Source: an uncultured delta proteobacterium (GTDB taxonomy: Bacteria > Desulfobacterota > RBG-13-43-22). Taken from it: DNA of 64,000 bases. The position numbers and the translations under genes are program-made. Below, in pieces: positions 46,168 to 56,352 of the stretch. The DNA is taken from contig CAVUPH010000008.1 of the NCBI GenBank assembly GCA_963743305.1, positions 1 through 64,000 on the forward strand, read 5' to 3'. Every line of letters starts with the position of its first letter. Position 1 is the first letter of the stretch. The notes under the pieces are model-generated. The model saw only the letters and a list, made by a program, of their open reading frames with translations. It did no database searches and was not told the origin of the DNA.

Positions 46168-46770
46168 ATGGTATCATTACTTCCAGCCAAGGCCTCAGGG
46201 CCTCCAGGCAAACAAATCTTATCCAAACATAGGGAGGAAAATGGAATGGTCCCGGAAAAGATGAAGGCGGTTTTGAAACAAGCGTTTACCAATGGAAAAC
46301 TTGGTTGGCGCCAAGGAGCCCGTCGACCGGCCACCGTGATGACCCTGGGATTGTTTTTTATATTAATGTCCGCGGGACTACTGGCCTGCAGTTCCGGAGC
46401 CGGCAGCAACACCAGCACCGGAGCCACCGGCACAGGCGGATCAGGGGTAGGCTGGTCGGTTAATGTCAAACTCTTTTCCAGCACCCTTTCCCTGGGCAGG
46501 GCGGAATCAACTTCCGTGGTGGTTACGGTCAGGGACGCGGCCGGCTCGCCGGCCCTCAAGGGAACACGTATTTGCCTGTCTACTACCCACGGATTGATTT
46601 TTGTCGATGAATTAGGTAAGGATACGCCGGTGGTTACCGGTTGCGTCAGCACTTCCAATGATATCGGTCAACTACTTGGAACCTACGTTCCACAACAAAC
46701 CGGGACCGACCAGGTGCAGGCCTCCTCCATGGGTGGTTTCGGTTCAGCCACGGTCCAGATTACTTCCTAA
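46168..46770 (+). CDS. Lipoprotein with a single Ig-like domain (start probably downstream of 46168)
   Basis: Lipobox LLAC, Gly/Thr linker, VVVTVRDAAGSP Big_1-like motif. Confidence 0.6.
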   Translation: MVSLLPAKASGPPGKQILSKHREENGMVPEKMKAVLKQAFTNGKLGWRQGARRPATVMTLGLFFILMSAGLLACSSGAGSNTSTGATGTGGSGVGWSVNVKLFSSTLSLGRAESTSVVVTVRDAAGSPALKGTRICLSTTHGLIFVDELGKDTPVVTGCVSTSNDIGQLLGTYVPQQTGTDQVQASSMGGFGSATVQITS

Positions 46771-46799
46771 CCAAATTTCAAAATTGAAGAGGAACTCTT

Positions 46800-46863
46800 G
46801 ATAGATTCTTACATCCATCCTGTTTTGCGAATTTGTCTCTAACAATGGATGTAAGAATCTATC
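46800..46863. repeat. Perfect 19-bp inverted repeat with 26-nt spacer
   Basis: GATAGATTCTTACATCCAT ... ATGGATGTAAGAATCTATC. Confidence 0.9.
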
Positions 46864-47091
46864 TTTAATTCTGTTGCAATGGTTTTTATTCTAGCCAAAA
46901 ATAGTTGAAATATTTTTGGCTAGACTTGAGAGGTCCTCCGTCCCCTTTTTTTAGGCCCCACCCGCCAAACGATTTCCTTGATCTCCTTTCAGACTGAGCC
47001 CCTTCTCCCCGTCGCCCCTAAAATCGTTGGACATTTAAGCAAAATGTTGGGATAATCGGTTTAATTCTTCTACATCATCAGGAGGTGCGCA

Positions 47092-48378
47092 ATGGTAAAA
47101 AGGGGACTGGTAAGTTTATTGATTCTATGGTCCTTTTGGCTGCCGGGGACCGGACCCCCGGTTTCAGCCCAAACCACCGCCGGTCCGGCGATAAACTCTC
47201 CTTCTTCCGGGGCGCCGGGTAAAGAATCCGCGGTCAAGGAAATCTCCCCACCCCCCCCGGGTGGAACAGTCACCATCCAGATCGATAAGACCCAATTGAA
47301 CAACGGGGGAACCCTGAAAGTTTCCGGTACGGCTCCGGCGGGCAAGCCGGTTTACTTGGAGATCTATGCCGAGAAGATGGTCCGGGCCAATTTTTTTGAC
47401 AAGAAACGGGACAAAGATACGGGTCAGGTCCCCTACATCCTTTATCTAACCGATGAGATGCCGGGTTATTATAAAATCATCGTTCCCAGAGACCTCCAGG
47501 GAAGAATCGAGGAGATCAAAAAGGAAGGGAAAAACTGGTCCTTCTCCACGGCTTTAAAGAACCTGGACGCCGATATCGCTTATTCCGCACCGGGTAAAAT
47601 AAAAATCGACAAATATCAGGCCTCCATCCTCTCCAGTATCATCGGCTCACGGGGCGATTTGCTTCCGCCCATGAACGAGAAGGAAAATAAAAAACGCTCC
47701 ATGCAGTTGGCCAAATCCCGGTTTCGAAGTGTGGATAAATTGTTGGCCGCCGCAGTGGAGGTGAATCCCGACGGCACTTACCGCGCCGAGGTTAAAATTC
47801 GGGCCGGCCTCCCCGACGGCGCTTACCGGGTGGTGGCCGTGGCAGGCAAGGACCTGAAAAGCAACCCGGTGGTTTTTGAAAACAAGATCGGCTTTCCCCT
47901 GCTTTATTTAAGCAACGCCGGGACCAGCATCAACCTTTTCTGGCCCTTTTTGCTAACGCTGGCCATTTCCATCTTCGGGGTCTTGATGGGCGCCGGGGGC
48001 GGATTTATCCTTACTCCCCTGTTGCTCCTGATCTGGCCTCTGCCGCATAATGTAGTGGCCGGGACCGTAATGCCGACCGTTTTGTTTTCCCAAGCCTCGG
48101 GAATTTACAACTATTCCAAGATCAAATTCATCAACTGGAAGATAGGTATCATCGTCGGCCTTTCCATGCTGGCCGGCGGCTTCATCGGCCCGAAATTGAC
48201 CGAACTGGTCACCCTGGATCAGTTCAAGTTTGTGTTCGGCTGGATCCTGTTGGTGCTGGCGTCCTTATTGATCTGGCAGACCACCCCGGGATATATGTCC
48301 AAGAATAAAAAGGAGCAGGCCATCCTGCAGGAATTCAAAAAACGGGCGACAGAGGCCGCCAAGGCCAAAAAGGGATAG
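47092..48378 (+). CDS. TauE/SafE (TSUP) transporter N-half with large N-terminal extracytoplasmic domain
   Basis: Signal peptide, ~250-aa soluble domain, then GVLMGAGGGFILTP and TM helices. Confidence 0.85.
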   Translation: MVKRGLVSLLILWSFWLPGTGPPVSAQTTAGPAINSPSSGAPGKESAVKEISPPPPGGTVTIQIDKTQLNNGGTLKVSGTAPAGKPVYLEIYAEKMVRANFFDKKRDKDTGQVPYILYLTDEMPGYYKIIVPRDLQGRIEEIKKEGKNWSFSTALKNLDADIAYSAPGKIKIDKYQASILSSIIGSRGDLLPPMNEKENKKRSMQLAKSRFRSVDKLLAAAVEVNPDGTYRAEVKIRAGLPDGAYRVVAVAGKDLKSNPVVFENKIGFPLLYLSNAGTSINLFWPFLLTLAISIFGVLMGAGGGFILTPLLLLIWPLPHNVVAGTVMPTVLFSQASGIYNYSKIKFINWKIGIIVGLSMLAGGFIGPKLTELVTLDQFKFVFGWILLVLASLLIWQTTPGYMSKNKKEQAILQEFKKRATEAAKAKKG

Positions 48379-48394
48379 AAAGGAGGACCGTTAA

Positions 48395-48787
48395 ATGGAG
48401 GTGGAATTCTGGGGACAAAAATTTAAAATCAATATGGCGATCGGCTGCATCGGTGGTTTCTTGATTGCCATCGTGTCTTCCATGTTCGGGTTCGGCGGCG
48501 GTCCTTTCATGATGCCTCTGATGGCCCTGGGCATGGGGCTGCCTATGTACGTAGTGGTGGGGAGTTCGCTCCTGGCCATCTTTTTCAATACCCTTATGGG
48601 GACCATGCAGCATTTCCGATTCGGCAATTTTGATGGCCTGTTTTTTCTGATCATGTTCCCGGCGGCTATCCTGGGCGGCTATATCGCCCCCCAGATCGCC
48701 AAACGGGTCAGCCCCTTGTGGGTGAAGCGGATTGCCTCTTTGGGGTTGATAGTTCTCGGTTTGACCTTGTTGGGGGTGCTTTTTTAA
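48395..48787 (+). CDS. TauE/SafE (TSUP) transporter C-half
   Basis: SSMFGFGGGPFMMP; own AGGAGG RBS. Confidence 0.85.
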   Translation: MEVEFWGQKFKINMAIGCIGGFLIAIVSSMFGFGGGPFMMPLMALGMGLPMYVVVGSSLLAIFFNTLMGTMQHFRFGNFDGLFFLIMFPAAILGGYIAPQIAKRVSPLWVKRIASLGLIVLGLTLLGVLF

Positions 48788-48880
48788 GCCGCTTTTTAAA
48801 CCAGGGTATCGGGTTCTTTCAGGGCCATAGCCGTCAGAACCCCGGCGTCCGGTCCGGTAAAGGGTAAAGGAAGAATTCGT

Positions 48881-48970
48881 CTTCGCTTTCAGAACCCGCA
48901 ACCGGTTGACCTGGGTAGAGAGCAACAGCTCGCCGATATCATCCAGCAGAACGAAACCGTTTCGCTCTAG
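48881..48970 (-). pseudogene. Degenerate fragment of a sigma54 activator AAA+ domain
   Basis: GFVLLDDIGELLLSTQVNRLRVL resembles GTLFLDEIGELPLSTQVKLLRVL. Confidence 0.55.
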
Positions 48971-49147
48971 TCCGGGTTAGGCCAATTTATGCTTGACAAT
49001 CCCCTTTGTTATGCTATTCAGATAGCAAAATATTGCTAGTTCGAAGAGAAATGTTCATCAGAAAGGATTCTCCCGGCAAAGAGGATCATTTCGGTTCGGG
49101 AGGACCACTAACCTTACCTAACCGGTATTTAAGGGGAAAGAGCGCCT

Positions 49148-50020
49148 ATGAGTTTTCAGAAACGATTATCATCAGGAGAGTTTGTGGTATTGGCCGAGAT
49201 GCACACCCCCAAGGGGGTCAACATCTCCCGGCTGGTGATGGACGCCCGTCGGATCAAGGGCAGGGTCGACGCCATCGTCGTCCCGGATATGGATAACGGG
49301 ATCATGCGGATGAGCGCCCTGGCCGGAGGGGTCTTGATGCAGCAGCAGGGCCTCGAAGCGATTATCCATGTCTACTGCCGGGACCGCAACCGTATGGCCC
49401 TCCAGGGCGATATCCTGGCGGCCCATGTGCTCGGCATTCAGAACCTCATCGTGGTCCACAGCGTGGATATCAGCCACAGCGACCACCGGGAGACGAAACC
49501 GGTCGATGACCTGGATGAAATCGGTCTGCTTGGGGCGATCCGGTCTCTCCAGGACGGAAAGGACCTGGCCGGGTTTGATCTCGACGGCAGCCCCAGTTTT
49601 ACCGCCGGAGGCACCATCGCCCTATTCGATGACTCTCAGGCCCTGGAAGAGGAACTGAAGACCGCCCGCAAGAAGATTGAAGCCGGCGCCCGCTTTCTCA
49701 TCACCCCCCCGGTATTCGATCTGGATCGCTTCAGCGATTTCATGTCCAAGGCCCAAACCCTCAAGGTGCCGATCATTCCCACCGTCTTTCTTTTAAAATC
49801 CGTCGCCGTGGCCCGGTACATCGCCAACAGTGAACCGGGCGCCCATATTTCCGAAGAGCTCATACGCCGTATCCGCAAATCGGCGGATCGGGAAAACGAG
49901 GGAATCCGAATTGCCGGAGAGACCATCGCCGCGCTGAAGGGTTTGGCCCAGGGGGTGTTGATCCAGACCCTGGGATGGGAACACCGACTGCCGGCCATTC
50001 TGGACGCGGCCGGTCTCTAA
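49148..50020 (+). CDS. Divergent methylenetetrahydrofolate reductase-like protein (MetF paralog)
   Basis: CRDRNRMALQGDIL, KKIEAGARFLIT; clear paralog of 54304-55227 with altered active-site motifs. Confidence 0.88.
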   Translation: MSFQKRLSSGEFVVLAEMHTPKGVNISRLVMDARRIKGRVDAIVVPDMDNGIMRMSALAGGVLMQQQGLEAIIHVYCRDRNRMALQGDILAAHVLGIQNLIVVHSVDISHSDHRETKPVDDLDEIGLLGAIRSLQDGKDLAGFDLDGSPSFTAGGTIALFDDSQALEEELKTARKKIEAGARFLITPPVFDLDRFSDFMSKAQTLKVPIIPTVFLLKSVAVARYIANSEPGAHISEELIRRIRKSADRENEGIRIAGETIAALKGLAQGVLIQTLGWEHRLPAILDAAGL

Positions 50021-50122
50021 AGGGTTGGCGTTGAACCGGGGGAGCCGGATGGCTCCCTGGCTTCCAAGTTAACTTCTCACCCGGCCCCATGGTGTCCGGG
50101 ACAAAACAAAATAAAGGGTACT

Positions 50123-53100
50123 ATGCAGAATCAAGAAAAATGGCAATCAAACAATAAGGTACTGGTCGTCGGTGGAGGTCTCGGCGGAATACGAACCGCC
50201 CTGGATCTGGCCGAGTCCGGCCGGGATGTGGTTTTGGTCGACAAGGCCTATTCCATCGGCGGTCTGATGACCCAACTCGACCGTACGTTTCCCACCAATA
50301 ATTGCGACCTCTGCACGCTTTCACCTCACCTGTCCGAAAGCGGTCGCCAGCTTCATATCGAACTGCTGACCATGAGTCAGGTGGAAAAAGTGGAAGGTGA
50401 GGCGGGAAATTTCAGCGTAACCCTGACCACCGCCCCCCGCTATATCGATTTAGACAAATGCACGGCCTGTGGGGACTGTTTCAAAAAGTATCCGGAATGT
50501 GTCCGTTTTACCCCGGGACTGGACCATCGGGCGCCTACCTGTATGCGCTACCCCCAGGCCACGCCCCAGGCCTTTTCCATCGATTTGGAGAAATGCCCGG
50601 ATGTGGAGGGCTTGGTTCAGGTCTGTCCGGCCGGGGCCATCGTCATCGACGACACCGAAAAAACCAGCCAAATCGCCTGCGGTTCCATCGTGCTGGCCCC
50701 CGGGGCGGCCCTTTTCGACCCCAGCGGACTGGATAATATCGGCTACACGGATGAGCCGGATGTGGTGACCAGTCTGGAGTATGAACGGATCCTGTCGGCC
50801 TCCGGACCGACCCTGGGTCAACTCGTCAGACCTTCGGACGGCCGGCAGCCTCAAAAAATCGCCTGGATTCAATGCGTCGGATCCCGGGGACTGCAAAACG
50901 GGGCGGCCTCCTACTGTTCCAGCGCCTGCTGCATGTTCGCCCTGAAGGAAGCCATCGTGACCAAGGAACGCTTCCGGGAAAGTATCGAGACCACCATCTT
51001 CTATCATGGACATGCGGACCTCCGGGAAAGACTATGAACGCTACCTGGACCGGGCGAAAAACGAATACGGCGTCCGTCTCGTCCGCTGCCGGCCACACAG
51101 CGTAGTCCGCCATGCCGGGGCCGAAACTCTGTCCGTCTCCTACGTCCTCCAGGACAGCGACCTGCCGCAAGAGGAGGATTTCGACCTGGTGGTGCTTTCC
51201 ACCGGGTTCAAGGTGGCCGAAGATGTCCACGAGCTGGCCCGTCGACCTGGGCCTCGAACTGAACGAGCACCATTTCGCCAAAACCGGAAGCTTCAATCCC
51301 GTGGCCACCTCCAGGCCGGGTATTTACGTCTGCGGTCTTTTCGAAAGCCCGAAAGACATACCGGAAACCATGGTTCAGGCCAGCGCCGCCGCCTGTATGG
51401 CCTCGGCCAATCTACCGGCGGTCACGGCCCCGGCCGATCAGGAAGACCCGTTGCCTCCGGAGCGGGACGTCACCGGCGAAGAAGCCCGGATCGGGGTCTT
51501 CATCTGCGATTGCGGCTACAATATCGGCGGCGTGATCGATGTCCAGACCCTCGCCGAGGAGGCCCGGATCTCTGCCGCAGGTGGCGGTTTCCGAGGTCGT
51601 GGGCCATGGCTGCAGCCGGGAGTCCCTGGAACATATGCAACAAGTCATAGAAACCGAAGGTCTCAACCGGGTGGTGATCGGCGGCTGTTCCCCCCGGACC
51701 CATGAAACCAAGTTTCAAGACACGATCCGCAAGGCCGGGCTCAACCGTTACCTCCTGGAAATCGCCAATATCCGGGATCAGGCCACCTGGGTCCATGCCG
51801 ATCGACCGGGATCGGCCTCCGAAAAGGCCGACCACCTGATCCGGATGGCCGTAAGCAGTGTCCGCCAGGCCCACCCCCTGGTCGATCACCTTTTACCCAT
51901 GAACAAGACGATTCTGGTGGTTGGGGGGGGGGTCACCGGTATGACCGCGGCCCTGAATCTGGCCGAACGGGGGTTTAAGGTGGTCCTGGCCGAGCGGTCG
52001 GCCGGCCTGGGCGGCTTGGCCCAAAACATCCGCCGGACTCTGGAAGGAGAGGATGTCGCCACCTTCATCCGGGAATTGATTGGAAAGGTCGAAGGGCACG
52101 AAAATATCCAGGTCGTCACCCGGGCCATTATCGTGGATCACACCGGGATGCCCGGCATGTTCAAAACCGGCATGCAGGTCGGGCCGCAGATGTTTTACCG
52201 CCAAATAGAACACGGCGTCACCATCCTGGCCACCGGGGCCCTGCCGAACCGGCCCCCGGAATTCCTGCTGGATCAACACCCGGCGGTTCGGACCCAACTG
52301 GAGATTGACGCCCTGATCGAGGATCAGCCGGAAAAGGTCAGGAATTGGGAAAATGTGGTGATGATCCAGTGCGTGGGCTCCCGCTGTCCGGACAACCCCA
52401 ATTGCTCCCGCCTCTGTTGCCAGAGTGCGGTCAAAAATGCCCTGCGGATCCTCGACCTCAATCCGGAAACGCAAATTTTTGTCCTCTATCGCGACATGCG
52501 CACCTATGGATTTCAGGAGGATTATTATCGGCAGGCCCGGGAGCGGGGCGTGATCTTTCGTCCGTTATGAAAGAGAAGAACCGCCCCAGGTGGCGGCCGC
52601 GGGCGACCGGCTTGAGGTCACCTTTCGCGATCCGATCCTGGACCGGACGTTGACCGTCACGGCGGACAGCCTTTGCCTGAGCACCGGATTGGTGGCCGAC
52701 GAGGAAGCCACGGAAGATCTGGCCCTGATTTTTAAGCTGCCGCGGACCGACGACGGCTATTTCCTGGAAGACCACGTCAAGCTCCGGCCGGTCGATCTCC
52801 CGGTCCCCGGCTTTTTCGTGGCCGGTACGGCCCACAGTCCCAAGACCATCCGGGAAAGTGTGACCCAGGCCCAGGCGGTCGCCTCCCGGGCGCAGACCCT
52901 GCTGGCCCGGGAGGTGATTAATCTGGGCGCGGCCGTGGCCCGGGTGGACGGCACCAAATGTGCCGCCTGCCTGATTTGCGTTCGGGCTTGCCCGTTTGAG
53001 ATTCCGTTCATCAACGCCGACGGGTATTCGGAAATCGATCCGGCCACGTGCCACGGCTGCGGCCTTTGTGCGGCCGAATGCCCGGCCAAGGCGATACAAC

Positions 53101-53168
53101 TCCTGCAGTTTGAGGATGACCAGATCCTGGCCAAACTGGAAGGACTCTTGGAAAGGTTGGTGGCTTAA
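50123..53168 (+). CDS. hdrA: Large HdrA-like FAD/Fe-S flavoprotein (two FAD modules, ~1010 aa), frameshifts near 51005, 51245, 51567, 52556
   Basis: VVGGGLGG, LDRTFPTNNC, WIQCVGSR..YCSSACC, GCSPRTHE, second VVGGGVTG, MIQCVGSR..CSRLCC, C-terminal 2x[4Fe-4S]. Confidence 0.88.
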
Positions 53169-53608
53169 TGGAAAACTTTGAACCGGTCATCGTGGCCTTC
53201 TGCTGCCACTACTGCGCCTACACGGCGGCGGATATGGCGGGAAGCCAGCGACTCTGTTATCCGGCCAACGTCAAAATTATTCGGGTCCCCTGCTCCGGCA
53301 AGGTGGACGCCATCCATATCGTCAAGGCCTTTGAAAAGGGCGCCGACGGCGTCTACGTGGCCGGCTGTCTGGAAGGAGACTGTCATTTTAAAACCGGGAA
53401 CACCCGGGCGGCGCGCCGGGTGGCGTAGGTCCAAAAACTTCTGGATGAAATCGGAATCGGGGGAGAACGCCTCGAAATGGTCCTGATGTCCGCCGGCATG
53501 GGCGACCGCTTTGCCGAAACGGCCAAGAATATAACGGAAAAAATTCGCCAGTTGGGTCCCAGCCCCATTCATTCCGCTCTCCTCGAGGAGCGGAAGATTG
53601 CCTGTTGA
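53168..53608 (+). CDS. mvhD: MvhD/FlpD [2Fe-2S] protein with in-frame TAG at 53426-53428
   Basis: FCCHYCAYTAAD, RVPCSGK, GADGV, GCLEGDCH; the frame continues after TAG as VQKLLDEIGIGGERLEM..LGPSP to TGA at 53606. Confidence 0.9.
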
Positions 53609-53638
53609 GGCAGCCCAAACGAAGGAGAGTGGAAAACT

Positions 53639-54307
53639 ATGATCACTGCTAACCGAAAACCTTTAGACGAACTGACGGAATACCTCCGGCCCTTCGGGCG
53701 CATTCTTCTCGTCGGCTGCAATGAATGCGTGACGGTCTGCGCGGCCGGCGGACGGAAGGAAGTGGGTCTGTTGGCCTCGGCCCTGCATATGTCCTTCTTA
53801 AAAAGCGGTAAAAACATCGAAATCCGGGAGCATACGCTGGAGCGGCAGTGCGATCCGGAGTACGTGGAGGAACTGGTCCCCCTGATCGACGGGGTGGAGG
53901 CCGTCATGTCCATGGCCTGCGGCTGCGGCGTTCAGGAAGTGGCCCGGCGCTTCAAGGATAAACCGGTTTTCCCCGCCGTCAACACCACCTTCATGGGCGC
54001 CTCGGAACGCCCGGGCGTCTGGGCCGAGCGATGCCAGGGCTGCGGGGATTGTCTCCTCGGGTTGACCGGGGGGATCTGCCCCATTGCCCGGTGTTCCAAA
54101 CGGTTGATGAACGGCCCCTGCGGCGGATCGACCCGGGGGAAATGTGAAATCAGCTCGGAGGTGGACTGCGCCTGGCAGTTGATCTGGGACCGGCTTAAGG
54201 CCTTGGGACTGGAAGACCGATACGAAGATTTTACGCCGGCCAAGGACTGGCGAACAGCCGGTGGCGGTGGTCCGCGAAAGATCATCAGAGAGGATTTGGC
54301 AGAATGA
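53639..54307 (+). CDS. metV: MetV (Cys-rich subunit of MetFV methylene-THF reductase)
   Basis: GCNECVTVC, ERQC, ACGCG, ERCQGCGDC, CPIARCSKRLMNGPCGG, CAW. Confidence 0.9.
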   Translation: MITANRKPLDELTEYLRPFGRILLVGCNECVTVCAAGGRKEVGLLASALHMSFLKSGKNIEIREHTLERQCDPEYVEELVPLIDGVEAVMSMACGCGVQEVARRFKDKPVFPAVNTTFMGASERPGVWAERCQGCGDCLLGLTGGICPIARCSKRLMNGPCGGSTRGKCEISSEVDCAWQLIWDRLKALGLEDRYEDFTPAKDWRTAGGGGPRKIIREDLAE

Positions 54308-55227
54308 AAACCGAAAGCGCACTGGAAAAAGTTTTAGCCGCGGGCAACCTGGCGGTCACTTCCGAATGCGGTCCCCCGCGGGGAGCCGTCCCGGAAAAAG
54401 TCAAGGAAAAGGGCGAATTGCTCCGGGGAGTGGTTGATGCGGTCAATGTCACGGACAACCAGACGGCCATGGTCCGTATGTCGAGCTTTGCCGCCTCGGT
54501 CTTCCTGAAACAGATGGGGCTGAACCCCGTCCTGCAGATGGTCACCCGGGATCGAAACCGGCTGGCCATGCAGGCGGATATTCTCGGGGCCTATTCGCAC
54601 GGTATCGACACCATGCTCTGTCTGTCCGGCGATCATCCCCATTTCGGGGATCATCCCATGGCCGCCAGCGTCCACGATATCGATTCCATCCAGTTCATCC
54701 GGATGGTGAAAGACATGCGGGATGAAGGCAAGTTCCAGGGAGGTGCGGAGATCGAGAATCCGCCCAAGATGTTCATCGGGGCAGCTGCCAATCCCTTTGC
54801 CGATCCGTTCGAACTGCGGGTGGCCCGACTGGCCAAAAAAGTCGCCGCCGGGGTCGATTTCATCCAGACCCAGTGCATCTATAACCTGGATAAATTCGAA
54901 AAATGGATGGAAGGGGTTCGGGACCGGGGGCTTCATCGAAAATGCTATATTCTGGCCGGAATCACCCCCATGAAATCGGTCGGTATGGCCCGTTACATGA
55001 AGAACAAGGTGCCGGGCATGGACGTACCGGACGAAGTGGTCAAGCGAATGGCCGGGGTGCCCAAAGAAAAGCAGGCCGAGGAAGGCATCAAGATCTGCGT
55101 CGAAACCATTCAGCGCCTGAAAGAAGTGGAAGGCGTGGCCGGATTCCACATCATGGCCATCGAGTGGGAAGAGAAGGTTCCGGAGATCGTGGAAAGAGCC
55201 GGACTCCTTCCACGGCCCGCGGTTTAA
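54304..55227 (+). CDS. metF: Methylenetetrahydrofolate reductase MetF
   Basis: ECGPPRG, NVTDN, TRDRNRLAMQ, LCLSGDH, FIQTQ, GFHIMA. Confidence 0.93.
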   Translation: MKTESALEKVLAAGNLAVTSECGPPRGAVPEKVKEKGELLRGVVDAVNVTDNQTAMVRMSSFAASVFLKQMGLNPVLQMVTRDRNRLAMQADILGAYSHGIDTMLCLSGDHPHFGDHPMAASVHDIDSIQFIRMVKDMRDEGKFQGGAEIENPPKMFIGAAANPFADPFELRVARLAKKVAAGVDFIQTQCIYNLDKFEKWMEGVRDRGLHRKCYILAGITPMKSVGMARYMKNKVPGMDVPDEVVKRMAGVPKEKQAEEGIKICVETIQRLKEVEGVAGFHIMAIEWEEKVPEIVERAGLLPRPAV

Positions 55228-55276
55228 TCGAATACCGGCAGTGTCCATAAACAACAATCGAGAAGGAGAAGAACGA

Positions 55277-55664
55277 ATGACTGACAAAAAACTGATCATG
55301 GTCGTGGACGACGATCCGGATCTGGTGGAATCGGTGGCCATGAAATTGGAGAGCAAGCAACTTCCGGGTGACCAAGGCCTACGACGGGGTCGAGGCCTGG
55401 AAAAGATCAAGGCGGAACGTCCGGCCTTGGTTATCCTGGATGTCATGATGCCGCGCAAGGACGGTTATACCGTCTGTGATGAGCTGAAAAAATCCGAGGA
55501 AACCAAGGATATCAGTCGTCGTGCTGCTCACCGCCGTCGCTGATGCGGTCAGCTCGACCAATTACACCCACATGGGCGGCAAAACCACCCTGGCGGACGA
55601 CTATATTCCGAAACCGATCGATCTGGACAAACTCATGGAAATCGTCAAGGACAATCTGGAGTAA
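55277..55664 (+). CDS. Single-domain response regulator (frameshifted)
   Basis: VVDDDPD, ILDVMMPRKDG, LLTAV, DDYIPKP across frames. Confidence 0.85.
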
Positions 55665-55792
55665 ACTGTTCATGACCCGGTTAAAAGCAACCGGGGGCCC
55701 GGGCGGTTTCAGGCGAAGGGGAACTCCGCAACCTGAGGTGCACCGGACCTTCCCCGGGCCGGCGGTGATCCGGTCTCGATAAATTCTTTTTT

Positions 55793-56320
55793 ATGACGGC
55801 TCCCTTCCCAAACGCCGGAGGTCGGATCCGATTGGGCGGCATTAAACTGAGCCTGGAAATGGTCCAGTTGAATTGTCTTGATCGCCCGGGAGAGAATCTT
55901 CGGGCGGTCCGTCTTTTTCGCCTTTTGGCTGAAAACCGGATCAACCTGCCCTTTGTGGGCCTCAGCAGCACGACCCGAAATACCGTCTGTTCCTGCTGCC
56001 TGGAAACCGAAGATTTTGGCCAGGCTCAAGGGCTGCTGGAGCGGGATCCGGACTTGAGTTCCAGCGTAGAAAGTATAGCGCCGGTAGGGACGTTGACCTT
56101 TTTCCCACATCAATCCAGTCTCCAATTGCTGGGATTGGTTATGGCGGTTTTTGGGAGAACCGGGCTCCCGCTATACGGGACCGGAACTTCCTTATCCGCG
56201 CTGACCGTCAGTACCGACTACCGACTGCTGGACCAGGCACTCAACGCCCTGGAGACGGTACTGGAACTTCCGGCCCATCATACCCCCTTCCGCCCGGAAT
56301 TTCGAATCCGGCAGATATAA
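55793..56320 (+). CDS. Stand-alone tandem ACT-domain protein (aspartokinase beta-like)
   Basis: DRPG...LFRLLAENRINL and GTSLSALTV resemble the two ACT domains of aspartokinase. Confidence 0.65.
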   Translation: MTAPFPNAGGRIRLGGIKLSLEMVQLNCLDRPGENLRAVRLFRLLAENRINLPFVGLSSTTRNTVCSCCLETEDFGQAQGLLERDPDLSSSVESIAPVGTLTFFPHQSSLQLLGLVMAVFGRTGLPLYGTGTSLSALTVSTDYRLLDQALNALETVLELPAHHTPFRPEFRIRQI

Positions 56321-56352
56321 TCCCTGGAATCATCCTCCGCGGAGACTGTACC

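Noticed and set aside
53168-53608. Selenocysteine in MvhD/HdrA
   Set aside because: The interrupting codon is TAG at a non-Cys position; the Cys motifs I checked use normal Cys codons
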